This document shows, piece by piece, positions 41,101 to 52,971 of a stretch of 64,000 nucleotides of DNA. The notes below the pieces were generated by a model. It was not told the origin of the DNA, made no database searches, and saw only the letters and a list, made by a program, of their open reading frames with translations. Position 1 is the stretch's first letter, and each line of letters starts with the position of its first letter. The translations under genes and the position numbers were made by a program. Source of the stretch: Octopus sinensis (lineage: Eukaryota); NCBI RefSeq assembly GCF_006345805.1, contig NC_042997.1, forward strand, positions 136,772,001 to 136,836,000. Direction: 5' to 3'.

Positions 41101-41708
41101 AAATCATTCCTATAACGATCCAAAAAGTAGATGGATTAAGGGTTCGCATTTCCGATTTGTCCTTAGAACACGTGGGTTTTTTTTTTGTTAAGCCAGATGT
41201 ACAAATTCTGAGATCGCTTTAGAGAAACAAATCGCTAATATTCCAGACTTAATGAAAAGACTGGGGGGGGGGATATTTGTTATAAATGTTGTAGACTTGG
41301 TTTTAAGTTCTGCCAATGTCGGAATTCTGATAGCTCTACGAAATTTACTCTGGCTAAAATAATACGGAAGAAGGCGACAATATTCAACTCGGCTGGTTTT
41401 CTTTCCCCCACCGATGGCTAAACTATATATTCAATACTCTTGAATATATACACAGCAAAATACAACATTCAATTTGAAACCTTTTAAAATAAAATATCAC
41501 TATTTCTAGTCTTTCAAAATTTTTTTTTACTGATATTAGCACGAAATATTAACTAATATTGAGTTCTATTATTCTATGCTGCATTTGAACTTACAATTCT
41601 TTCAGTTCACCTGTATCCTAATCACATGCATGCAGTATTTAATACATATCTATAAAAATTAGTCTATAAATCTGAACAGAAAATTGAACAAGTCATAATA
41701 CTCACCAT
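29197..41708 (-). CDS. RPL38: 60S ribosomal protein L38 (eL38), 69 aa
   Basis: Minus-strand coding exons 41706-41708 (ATG only, end of the 18-nt exon 41706-41723), 38054-38114, 35170-35292 and 29197-29219 are all GT-AG. They give [75 protein letters not shown] lies at 29184-29189 (-). The ORF track misses this gene. Confidence 0.96.
30495..30637 (-). ncRNA. Long (143-nt) C/D-box snoRNA/scaRNA-like RNA in RPL38 intron 3
   Basis: Minus strand: agag-ATGATGT (C box variant) ... CTGA-actct, with an AGAG/CTCT terminal stem. The GC-rich interior folds into a long hairpin (gtcgg/ccgac, ttctc/gagag, tccgg/ccgga, ccacag/ctgtgg). It is sense to the host and stands out from AT-rich flanks. Confidence 0.65.
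30830..30912 (-). ncRNA. C/D snoRNA, LSU rRNA guide (snR48-like site), copy 1
   Basis: Minus strand has C box GTGATGA, guide TGACACCTCTTGT followed by D' TTGA, and D box CTGA. The guide is complementary to conserved LSU GCAAGAGGUGUCA. Confidence 0.8.
31539..31621 (-). ncRNA. C/D snoRNA, LSU rRNA guide, copy 2 (chimeric)
   Basis: Same boxes and guide as copy 1; lies inside the tandem array. Confidence 0.8.
32249..32331 (-). ncRNA. C/D snoRNA, LSU rRNA guide, copy 3 (chimeric)
   Basis: Same sequence as copy 2. Confidence 0.8.
32959..33041 (-). ncRNA. C/D snoRNA, LSU rRNA guide, copy 4
   Basis: C box ATGATGA, same guide, D box CTGA; marks the right boundary of the array. Confidence 0.8.
33598..33680 (-). 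ncRNA. C/D snoRNA, LSU rRNA guide, copy 5 (dispersed)
   Basis: Boxes and guide are conserved while the flanks are unrelated to the array unit, as expected for a selected snoRNA paralog. Confidence 0.82.
33890..34140 (-). mobile_element. SINE fragment of the (GAT)n-tail family
   Basis: catcatcgtttaaggtccgctttccatgctagcatggg..ctggatgcccttcctaatgccaacc. Confidence 0.75.
34620..34700 (-). ncRNA. U45/SNORD45-like C/D snoRNA (18S guide), copy A
   Basis: Minus strand: aacctgtac ATGATGT TGCATGTATTA T GTTA .. GTGATCA (C') .. CTGA tatgggtt, with an 8-bp terminal stem. The guide is complementary to 18S UAAUACAUGC, and the layout resembles vertebrate U45 (from memory). Confidence 0.78.
35453..36547. 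mobile_element. GGATC-family MITE (long TIRs, 8-bp TSD)
   Basis: Inverted repeats of about 190 bp and TSD gttaactc at 35445-35452 and 36548-36555. The internal segment is shared with 52286-52971 and 61740-62620. Confidence 0.85.
37573..37653 (-). ncRNA. U45/SNORD45-like C/D snoRNA, copy B (RPL38 intron 2)
   Basis: Boxes and guide are identical to copy A. Only the central hairpin differs, and it stays paired. Confidence 0.78.
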
Positions 41709-41851
41709 TTTGAATGTTTAGAGCTGAAAATAAAATAAAACGTCAATTAATTTCAACAATATATTGAAATTACATTTTTAAATATTCATGTGCATATTTT
41801 TTCAAGTTTCAACAACTTAAAAGGTCTCGTCGGAAAAATCGAGAAAAATTT

Positions 41852-41862
41852 GACAGGGAAAG
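41852..41862 (-). promoter_or_regulatory. Probable RPL38 TSS with 5' terminal oligopyrimidine (TOP/TCT) tract
   Basis: Minus strand reads cgCTTTCCCTGTC about 155 nt upstream of the ATG. Ribosomal protein genes typically start at such tracts. The exon-1 donor could not be fixed. Confidence 0.55.
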
Positions 41863-42453
41863 CGTTTCCATAACGTTTTAAATTGCTTTTGCTTGTTTTC
41901 AAGTAAATAATATAAAAACGAAAATCTTAAGCCAACATAAAGTGATAAATAAACGACATATTGAAAAGCAAAATTTTTAAACGTGATAAATCAGTTTAAC
42001 CTCATTTGGATGTTGAAGATATAAAGGGATAGCAAAAAATGAGTCTCGACCAGGGGTTCTAAGAATCGTTGTACAACAAATCAAGATCAACATAAAACAA
42101 CAAATGTAATCATTTCTATAATGTTGATACTCATCCTAATCTAAATTGCCAAAATTTATAAAATAAAACTTTATACGTGTCACAGATGAAAAGAGATTTA
42201 TAAGACAAACTTACTGAACAACCTAATGGTTGCCTTGGCGTGTTTCGTAAAGGGAGATAATTATTTTCAGCAGGCGAAAAAAAAATTATAAGCGGAAGTA
42301 GCTATTCCAAAGCATCATGGTACAAATAGCTAGGAAAAATACGTTATTGAATTTAATGATTAATTGTTGTATTCACCTAGAATACCTGTTACCTGTCTCT
42401 TACTTAGAAATGATTTATATATATATATATATTTATGATTATTTACATGCAGG

Positions 42454-43059
42454 TTGCATTGCGGTGACACTCCCTTCGTCGACTGTCGTTTGAACATTAC
42501 AATGATTTCGGAACTGCCCGACAGTGTTGTTCCCTCTGAAAATTTATTCCAGTCGAGCCAACGCAGAATCTTAATTGCTCAGCCTGCTAACAATAACAAC
42601 TCAAAACGTTATATTTTGAAAAGGCGAACATGTATGATAATGTTGTGGGACCTTCTCTGTCGTTGTAGCAGGCTCCTCGACTCCACAGGCCTCCATGACC
42701 TTTCTTGCCGCCTGAATGCTGGTCGCTTCGCGCATCATACGGAGTTGAACCTGATACTCAAGAGGAGCTTGGCCTGGGCAAACATCCCCTCCATCTTGGA
42801 ACCATCTGAATTGTCTAGATGTGATGGGAAGAGATCTGACGGCCTTACTCTGTGCCCCTGGTCGCAAGGCAGATGCCTTGTCTGGGATGTCACAGTTAGC
42901 GACTCCTTTGTTTCTTCCCACATCCTGGATGCTGTGGTCAGAGTGAAATCCAAAGCTTCTGTGGCCGAGCGGAACAAAATCCTGAAATACCGCGATCTGT
43001 CGGCCAACTACATTTTCCATCCTGTGGCATTCAAGATGTTTGGGGGGTCGGACCACTAA
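42454..43059 (+). mobile_element. CRE-like non-LTR retrotransposon fragment (restriction-like endonuclease domain)
   Basis: HDLSCRLNAGRFAHHTELN..EPSELSRCDGKRSDGLTLCPWSQGRCLVWDVT..AERNKILKY matches the CCHC plus PD-(D/E)xK RLE pattern. It is truncated. Confidence 0.8.
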
Positions 43060-43539
43060 CTGTGAGATTCCTGTTTTCACAGGCAAAAGTTCTATTGTGT
43101 TCCATTTTTAAAGGGGACCAGTGTCTCAGAAAGATTTTTAATTAGAAGTAACCTAAGGGGGTATTGTTTCTCTAGTAAGTCAGAGTCTGAGAAAATGAAT
43201 TAATGTATGATTGAATAAATCTCTAATAGGAATCTTGAAAGTCAAGAAGCAAAAGTTGGGAAACAAATGCTGTTTTTACCAATTTGTAAGCCTAGAAAAC
43301 TAACTGGTCCAGTAAAACAAACCTCATAACTATAGTTGATATTATAATACATCGTCTCCCTTCCCTTTATATATGTAGAAGATATATAATGGATTCGTGA
43401 CTGAAGATCGAAAGTTGCATTTTCACCTTTGTTTCCAATGTTTCCTAAGGATGACAAACTTGCCAACAATCGGATGCAGCAGCTTCGAATTCAGAAATTA
43501 TCCTTAAATATTTGTGGTGGAGAATCTGGTGATAGGCTT

Positions 43540-43965
43540 ACCCATGCTACCAAAGTATTTATTTCTTTATTGCTCACAGGGGGATAAACAAGGACAGACA
43601 AAGGGATTAAGTCGATTACATCAACCCCAGTGCGTAACTGGTACTTATTTAATCAACCCCGAAAGGATGAAAGGCAAAATCGACCTTGGCAGAATTTGAA
43701 CTCAGAACGTAACAGCAGACAAAATACCTATTTCCTTACTACCCACAAGGGGCTAAACACAGAGGACAAACAAGGACAGACAAATGGATTGAGTCGATTA
43801 TATCGACCCCAGTGCGTAACTGGTACTTATTTAATCGACCCCAAAAGGATGAAAGGCAAAGTCGACCTCGGCGGAATTTGAACTCAGAACGTAACGGCAG
43901 ACAAAATACCGCTATGCATTTCGCCCGGCGTGCTAACGATTCTGCCAGTTCGCTGCCCTCGCTAC
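43540..43965 (-). mobile_element. tRNA-derived SINE with internal duplication
   Basis: Minus strand has a tRNA-like head with B box gagttcaaattcc and the conserved core gcctttcatcctttYggggtcga twice. Confidence 0.75.
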
Positions 43966-44439
43966 CAAAGTATTGGAACAGCAAGTAGATCATCTTTAAA
44001 AAAGCTTAAAATTTTCCTGGAAGCCCAAATCTTTCATTCCACCTCAGAAACCTCTCTGTCTGCTTCTCAGTATTGGCAATGTTGTTGCTGTCAGTGAGTG
44101 AATTATCAAACACTCTCCAAAGCATTTGATCGGGTATAGCCTCTCCTTATACTCCTTGTATTCAGTTGCCTCTCAAAGTAGTTGGTGATAATTCTTTTGA
44201 TATACAGAGGAATATGACAGTAATCTATGATTGCATTATGAAGGCATCCTCCAAATCTCGGATATCCTTTTTATTTATTTATTTATTTATTTTTACTTTT
44301 TTTAGTCTCCTGGATCATCTGATTGAGAAGTATGGTATGTTCCAAACATCCAGAAAAATTTTAAATCTCACCTTTTTGGAGAGAGGTGTTTATGCATCTA
44401 TTGTCAGTCATGTATGAGATCATCCTTTTGGCTAATACT

Positions 44440-45026
44440 TGTACAGTCACCGGAAGTAACTTGCACGGACATCGGAAATACATCTGCCATCACCAGAGAA
44501 AACAAAGCAACTACCCCCAGCGACTTGCCTGACCTTTCATTGGACAAAAGCTACCTACCTGCCATTCTATTGGACACTGGCTAAATATCACTGCTTATAT
44601 TTTTGTATAAATAGACATCATAAATTGCTATAAAGACAGTTGGCTTTTTGGCACTCGACTGATGTAAATCATGTCCCTCTCACCTGCCACGCTCGCCACT
44701 CACGCCGCCTCGAACCTTTGTACTGCTATTTCACGCCTGAAATAAATCGCTGTATAAACTTGCACCTCTTGTCTGCTCGTCACTTCAGCTACTGCTTTCG
44801 TCTGTCCAGTTTTGCTGATTACGACCACAGTCCTTTTCAGGGCTAACTCAAGTCTGATCTGAATTCGATAACAGTCCTTTTTAGGACCACTCTCAGATCC
44901 GATCTAATTGCGATAACAGTCCTTTTTAGGACTATTCTTGGATCAGATCTAATTGCAATAACCGGCCTTTTAAAGGCTACCCTCAGATCAGACCAGAAGT
45001 AGTGGCCAAGAATCATACCCGCTACA
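44440..45026 (+). mobile_element. Solo LTR (Gypsy-like by TSD length)
   Basis: TGTA...TACA termini, 4-bp TSD tact at 44436-44439 and 45027-45030, internal TATAAATA and AATAAA, and three ~50-bp internal repeats. Confidence 0.75.
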
Positions 45027-45379
45027 TACTAAAAAGATTTTACTTTCAACATTCAAGAGTAAGATGGGTCTGATTTGTCTGGTGGTACAAAACTCTCTTC
45101 TGCCTTCTTCCAACATAATGGAATTAATCCCTTTTCCACATCTTCCAGAACAATATCGACAATCTTTGAGTTATGGACGTTATTCTAGAAAATCTACCAA
45201 AATTAAGTAGTAAGAATATTGGTAGTGTCTCAACTACCAAGTCACTACCTAGAAATCGAACTCAGATCATTATGTCCGCACGTGAAGCCAAGAACAGGAT
45301 TTTGTTAGAGATTTATGACGTCAGGAAATAATTGACCTATCAATTCTGTGATAGAAATCATTGTATAAAGAACAAGTAA

Positions 45380-46110
45380 GCAACTGCTTGCTTGCTCTTG
45401 CATGACGGGGTCGGGGTCATCCTAGGTTGGTGGCCTCAAAGCTGTGGTGTGCGTAGAGCCAAATAGGTCCATCAATGTTCCCTATCGGTGGTGGTCCTGT
45501 GCTAGCCCCTCTACATCCTCCAAGACGACGTTGAGCTTCTGGAGATCTTCCTTAATCACATCCAGCCATCTGGTGTGGGGCTTGTCATGATACCTCTTCC
45601 AACCCACTGCTGCTGCATCGAATGAGAGTAAGGCACTGGTGGGAGGCAGAGGGCATGACCGTACCAGCGCATACAGCGGATAGCTGTGAGGTAGAAGGCT
45701 GCAGACTGATGCATACGCACGCACAGTTCTTTGTTGGAAACGTGATGGTACCATTTGATGTTCTGGGTAGCTCTCGAGGCTCTGCTATTGAAGCTGTCGA
45801 CCCTCTTTGCTAGGGTCTTCATAAGATGCCAAGTTTCTGCTCCACAGAGAACAGAGAGAACCAATGCATTTTAGATGCGAAACTTCGTCTTCCAAGAAAG
45901 AGAGCAATGGCGCCAAAAGGGCTTCCATAGGGAGCACATGACCCTGGTGGCCAGACAACATCTGCGGTTGATCTCTGGGGTCAGGACCCCACTGTTGGTG
46001 ACTGTGAAGCCCAGGTAAATGAAGGAGCTGATAAACTCCACAACGCCAAGGCCAATATGGAGAGGGAGAGAGTCTGGGCCATCACTGACATATATCAGCT
46101 TGGTCTTCGC
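45380..46110 (-). mobile_element. RTE-clade LINE 3' fragment
   Basis: FIYLG..EINRR..VLCGAETW..RWYGH..RWLDVIKEDL remnants. Confidence 0.75.
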
Positions 46111-47329
46111 CTAACTCACCTAAAGGCCATGTTTTGCAGATTCCACTTGGTATACGGTATAAGTAAGCAACATAAACAGGATTCGGTAAATGATTGATGA
46201 CGTTGGCAAAGAACTGACCATTCAGATTTCTGGTAGAAATAGGTTGTCATCAACATCAATTTTGGACGCCCTTTTTCTTTGTCAAACCATTGCCAGTATA
46301 TAGAATCGTTTGTCTGCAAACCACTAGTGGTCACAGCTCAGGCAAGACCGATAGATGCCGAATCTACACCACTCAACATCAACAACGATGACAATTGTCA
46401 TGACATAGCTTAAACCAGCTAGCTGCCAGAAGCTACACTTCTCACAGTGTTGACACACAACATGATATATAAACTGCTTAACTTGGTGCAAAATTTCTTT
46501 TCTGTTGTTTGTAGTAACACACATTGTTTTGTCAGTGATAAATATGTAGTAGATCTTGCATGCATGAAGTGGATTCAATCAACCATAGCCAAATTTAAAT
46601 TAACACTGCAACAGAACTTTTCCCACAGCGGAACAATGGCTTTTCTCTGACAGCAGTTTTATATTTTCCAGACTGCGTTTAGCTAGGCCGAAATAATGTC
46701 TTCACCACTTGACCCTTTCTAACCTCTTCTAATTCACCAAAAGCTAGAATAGAGATAACAAGACCACCAACTAAATCTATTGATCTCAATGATATATCTA
46801 TCCTACTGGATAGTTATAAAAGCAAGAACACCCCACGCAAAAATCAGTCAGTGACGACTCAACGAGTCCAGTCACATGGTGATGACTCAACCTAGTAGTC
46901 ACTTGGCGACAACTGAACGAGGTGGCTTGTAATGACTCAATTAGTTAGGGAACGGACTGCTAGAATCATGAGTACAAGGAATGCAGCTACTAAAGACAAT
47001 GGTCAGCGAGAGAAATAAAGTTTACTGTCAGCAACTGTGAGACAACACCCTACAACTCTCAATAAGCTCTAATTCTGCTCTCATACAACATCATTCTATC
47101 TCTCTCCGCGATTACTACTAAACAATGCAGAGAACACAAACACAAACTTTACTTCACATGTTTTTGGATTTGTCATAACCTGCCCATCGAGGCAAGGTAT
47201 TGTAACGAAACGGTAAATAAATATTTCCTTAAAAACTTCATGCATTGTTCATCTTTCACATATTACAACTTGCCATTATAACAACAAATTTTTATTGTCA
47301 CAACTGCTGACTCCGACATTTCATATTCT

Positions 47330-47870
47330 TGTTTACTAATCAATTTCTCCCACTACAATTGGTGACCCTGACCAAGAGAATTGCAGCCTTCCCAAGAACC
47401 AACCATTACAAATATTTTATATTAGGAACTTCACACGAATTTCTTGTTCTTTCATCTCTCAATTCAACCAAAGTATATATTCAATACACTGATGACAACC
47501 AAATCGAAATATATTCACGTTACTTGTATATGCCTGATGAAGTATACGATTTGAGCCTGATCTGACCTTCTTCATTTTCTCATTAACTTCTTTCCGGGGC
47601 TGGCTGCTGATATCAAGCAGAATTCCTAGTAACTCAGATCTATCTACATTTGGGTTGGAATTCGGGCTCTGGATTTTGAGGTTGTCATTGGGTCTTTCCC
47701 TTGGGAACTTTGGTATGTCTTTGCTAAAACGGATCAACCTACCTGATTTAACCTCACTTAGCAATGTTCTGGTGAACTTAAACAGGTTCTTGATAAACTG
47801 AGCTATTTTAGTCTCCTTCTTCCATCTTTTTAACCCTTTAGACATTTCCGGAGTTGACTTAAAGTGCTAA
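47330..47870 (-). mobile_element. Possible Hero/R2-group non-LTR remnant
   Basis: AQFIKNLFKFTRTLLSEVKSGRL resembles the pre-RT motif of Hero-like elements. It is heavily degenerate. Confidence 0.35.
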
Positions 47871-49286
47871 GATGGAAAAATAATTATAGATGAAAGAAAT
47901 TTCTATGAGAGGTTATGTATTATAGGATGTAAATATTCTTCCACATTCTGAAGGGAATGTTCGCGAAGACCCCAAAGATTCTCTTCAAAAGGATGATTGG
48001 CAAATGCAGTGATAGCAAAAAAAAAAAAAAGATGATACATATAATTGTAAATATTTTTTACCATCGCATTTGCCAATCATACTTCTGAAGAGACTTTCAG
48101 TTCCCTGCATTAAGACACTCATGTATCAAGCTTCATGCACGTTGATAATGTCTTTGTTTATGTCCTCTGTACATTATGTATACCTGTTTGCATAATATGA
48201 ATTATATATCAACCATTCACCATATTTTTGAAACAGCTGTTACGATAATTTTTCATCCTGTAACATCTCATAAATGAACTCCTTTCATTTATAATTGTTC
48301 TTTCCTCTTTGTTCACTTGAATGTTGATAACTCTGAGCCCTAGTTCGATACTTATCGATTCTTTGCTTACAAAAGCATCTTCTCACTCAACACACAAATG
48401 CGTGTGTGTGTGCACGCAGATGCATGTATCATTTTAATCCTTTATTATAATAGCTTCTTTCTCCGAACTGCTGCTGCTATCTAGAACTCACTAGTATCAT
48501 CTATAAGAAGAAGGATCCACCCACTGGATAGTTGGCAATATTTCGATAGTTACAAGTTGGAACATTGATCAAAGGCTGTGGAGTTGTGTATTTTCAGCTA
48601 ATGTAGCGTACAATATTTGAAACAATGCTATCTAAGCAGTAGTAACTGACATTTACGTTGTGAGGACTGAAGAGTTGATAATTACTTATGTGTCCTAGGG
48701 TAATGTTTTTCAAAGGCTGTAGTCTAATAGAACCAATCTCATACCATACAACGACATCACAAGACACGAAACAGTTACGGCAGCCAATGATTTCAAGTGA
48801 AAGTATACACAGAATATGCACTTCTTCGAGTGCGGGGATGGAAAAAATTCCACCTCCCTGTTCTGCTTCATCAGAATGACTTCTCCAATATCAAATGGAG
48901 TATCATTGATAGCCACCACCAACCCTCTTTACTCACCTTGAACTCACAACTGCCAACTCTGTCTCCAAGAAAGACTATACATCCTCCACCAACCTGCAAT
49001 ATCCACCAACAGGAAGCATGAATTACCTTATTTTTGCCACCAATAGTACACCTTGTTAATGAACTTCAAGCCACCGGCAGCTGACAATCCAGACATACAA
49101 CTCAAGACCCAGCTGCCACACACCCAAGGACAGGGTATTTAATTTGCCGGAACTAAGATTCACATTAATGTATAGGAAATTAACTTCTTTAAGATTAGTG
49201 CTAGTTGTACTTTTAGATTGAATTGATTAAATATTTTGCATAATTTCCTTCTTATCTTATCAGATTGTGGTCGTTTTTATTATGTA

Positions 49287-49646
49287 CTAGCACTATGACC
49301 CGGCATTGCCGGGTCATAATGCTAGTGCATGCATATACAGCTGCGTGCGCACATACACGCGAGTACTGTTCAAATCTCCGACCAATCACATACAGCTAGC
49401 TGGCATTCAATTGGCGTATCAAGTTTCGGGTATTTTGATTGGGTTTTGGATAGAAAATTCACAAAAAAGTCACTTCTATTGCTTTTTTAATGGCTTTGCG
49501 GGGTGACTGGGGAAATGTAAAGATGTGCACGACCACCCTTGGACGGTTTTGAATGACCATAGAAAGTGCGAGCTCTCTAACTGAAAAATTGTGGATTTGT
49601 ATAAAGGACACACATGCAGATATTTTGCTGTTTATATATAGAGAGA
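49287..49646 (-). mobile_element. Non-autonomous Helitron, second family
   Basis: TC start at 49646 on the minus strand, terminal hairpin tatgacccggca-t-tgccgggtcata and CTAG end. Confidence 0.7.
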
Positions 49647-49679
49647 TTATTCCTAGACCATCGTTTCTTTATAACCCTA

Positions 49680-50067
49680 CTAGCAGTATCGCCTGGCGTT
49701 GCTCGGGTTTGTAAGGGAATTAACTATATAAGCATTTTTAGAGAGTTATAGCCAAAAAAATGCATTAAAAATGGAAAAAAAATTAAGGTAAATTTTTTTT
49801 TAAATCGTTGACACATCGTAGATATTTTTAGAGAGTTACTTCCCTTATATAATAGCGAAAAAAATGCATTAAAATGGAAAAATATGATGGTAATTTTTTT
49901 TTAAATCGTAGACTCATCGTAGACGCGCGCTAATACCCAGAAGGGCTTGATATGAATCATGACTATAAGATACCCGCTTTTGGTTAAACTGCACCGCAAA
50001 ATGTGGGAGTAGTTACGAATCTAAATCGTAGGAGACAGACACACAACTTCACTTTTATATATAAAGA
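49680..50067 (-). mobile_element. Non-autonomous Helitron (same family as 1447-1840)
   Basis: A|TC...hairpin-CTAG|T termini and high similarity to 1447-1840. Confidence 0.8.
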
Positions 50068-52285
50068 TATAAGCCACGTAGTTATATACACATACTTTGT
50101 TATATACACATTCTTAAAAGAAAATGTTATTTTGAACACAACATTTATAAAGAATAAAATATTTTTTGGTTTTTCTTTTAAACGGATGCATACATTTATT
50201 AATAACTATATATAAGTGTCGTCTGTTTATACATAAACACTGTTTCATACTGCAATTATATATACATATATCTATATATAATATTATATAATAAAATATA
50301 TACAGAATATGTGTATATATTTATGTATGTATAAATATATACTGAAAGAAGCTCGGCTCGCCAATTAATACTACCAAAATTTAATGACAGAAAGTAAATT
50401 AAAAACCAATTTACCTTTTCTGTATTGTTATGGCAATTCGACCGTCGGTGTGTTTTTGCAAATGTGTTCGTATGAGAAGTGAGTTGTGTTTGGCGCCTTT
50501 TTTTACTAATAACAAACACACACGTGTTTGTATGTAGTTGTTTGAAATGTTTGTGTTTGTCACTGTCATATATGTATGTGTATGCGTGTGTGTGAGGAAT
50601 GGCAAACCAGATAGATAGCGCGCGAATTTCTTTTGAAGTTCGCGCTCCGCTTGTGTGTGTGTGTGTGTGCGTGCTTTAGGTGTACATAGGTATGTGTTTT
50701 TGTGTGTGTGTCACTGAAGCCATACATACATATATACATACATAACCTCTCTCTCTCTTTTCTCTCTCAGTCACTCACTACAAAAAGTGAATTACTTTCA
50801 CTTTAATCGTTGCACACTTGCAAAGAGAAAGGAGGAGAAATTAGGGTGATAGCGTCAGTGAAGCAGTTCGCTCCGTTTGTGTGTGTGTGCTGTAGCCCAC
50901 ACTAAGAAAAGCACTTGACTTACACACCACAATGTGAGTTTTCTCTAAATTTTGCTTAATTGGGGTTGAAATTTTAAAAACTGGACCTGGCACGACCCGA
51001 TTTATTCTACTCTTAAAAATGCTAGGTAAATTGTAATTGAAGAAATCCTATATTGTAGATTTCTATAAGAGACAAAGGGAGGCAGATAAAATCTGCCTTT
51101 TATAATAAGAGATAATGGTGTCTTTATTTAGTTGCTAAGTTTATGTAGGATGTAGAGGTCAACTAGATCTGCTACCTCCGCTCTATCATAGCACCTCATA
51201 AATATATCAAATATTTCATCTTCATTTTTTTTCAGTCAATAGGTATTATTGTGAAAAGACAATGATATCTTTGTGTTCATTATAATGGCTATATCGGTGT
51301 TAGTGATGGTTGTAATTCTTTACTAAACTCAAGTGCCTTTTAGAGGAGATATTTGGAGATCAAGGTGTAGGGACCTCACTTAGCCCTGCCTGAGATTTGA
51401 AACCAAATCCACCCGCTTGCTGCTTGTCAAAACGAGCAGGAAATCCTCTCCACACCAGATGATTGATGAGGAAGCACTTGATCCCCAATGACCTGTGCTG
51501 GTCAAGAATAGGTTGGTCCTTTGTTTGGGGTTTGGCCTACATTACTGACCATAGTCTATATAACAGAGAACATTTCCTATTTCTTCCTCTTCTGTGTCAG
51601 CCACGCCAAGGAGCAACACCGTCTTTTGCATCGGCTATGACCAAGAGCAGCACTTTTCCTTGCCCTTCACTCAGCATATGAAGCGAAGCTTTCGGCTGCA
51701 AAAACGACGATGCCACCTTTATCCTTTCTAGTCAGTACCGTGCATTCTTTACTCTTTCACTTTCTACTGACAGACAGCAACTTCTACACTATTCACTACA
51801 AGCCAGCGAGCCAACCTTGTTGTCACTATCACTAGAATTGCTACTGTCTCTTTAACTACCTGTTGGGCAAACGAATAAATATATGTAAATAATATTTCTT
51901 CCTTCTTGGTGTTGATTCTTCGATGTTCACTGGTTACTCCGATGTGAGAACTTTTAAGCATTACATTTGGTCGTGGGCTATATCATATCAACATGATATG
52001 GCACATCACATTCAACCCGCTACAAAGGGGTAAAACTTCATTATGTCAAACTGGACGAATTTGCATTTCAGCTTATCTTCTTTTTTCTTAAACCATTCAG
52101 TGGTTGTGCTGCTACAGATCTAACCAAGGATTTCTTTCTAACATTAAGGACAATTAAGATAAATACAACTATAAATAATTTGCCATTACATATGCTTTGT
52201 ATATCATAACTAGTAACACTGCTAAGTACAGTGGTTGAGTGTAGGACAAAAACCCCTTGGGACAAAGCCCCTCAGAACAAAACCC

Positions 52286-52971
52286 GGATCTTTACCTTTT
52301 GACCTACAGATTTAAAAAATAATTTTTTGTAACAAAACACTTTCAGACTTCGGACACTGTTAGAATGTGTCATATAAAACATTTTTACTCTTAGAATTTT
52401 TGAGAAGAACTTATATTTATGAAGTTATTTCACGTTAAAGTGAATGATGTGTATTCAGCTGAATAAAATGACTGCCGTTGTTTGTCAACAACAACTACTA
52501 AAAGTATTAAGTCGATTCTATCGACACCAGTGCGAACTCACGAACGTGTATGTATGCTTGTGTGTGTATGTATATCTCCGTTTGTATGTGTACGCTTATA
52601 TATTAATTACTATGTGCTTGTGCAAATGTATATGCATGTGTTTGAGAGAGAGAGAGAGAGAGAGAGAGAGTGACAAAGAGTGTGTGTGTGTGTGTGCAAG
52701 TGTACGTGAGTATGTATCTGAATATGTGTGTGTGTGTGTGTATGCGGCGTGCGTCTGCTATGTTTGTTTATCAATATCGATAACGCAGAAAATGATTTGA
52801 GCTCAAATGCTGGCATTTCATTGGTTAAAATTCGAAGAATTAAACTACGTTAAACCTACAAATTACAATTTTGTTTACAATAATGTTTTCTTTTGACACA
52901 TTCTACCAGTTTACGAAGTTTCAAATTGTTTAGTTAACTAGAAAACTCCGTCGATCAAAAGGAAAAGATCC
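52286..52971. mobile_element. GGATC-family MITE, hybrid ends, no TSD
   Basis: Begins GGATCTTTACC and ends GGAAAAGATCC. The two arms come from different subfamilies and the flanks share no 8-bp duplication. Confidence 0.7.
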
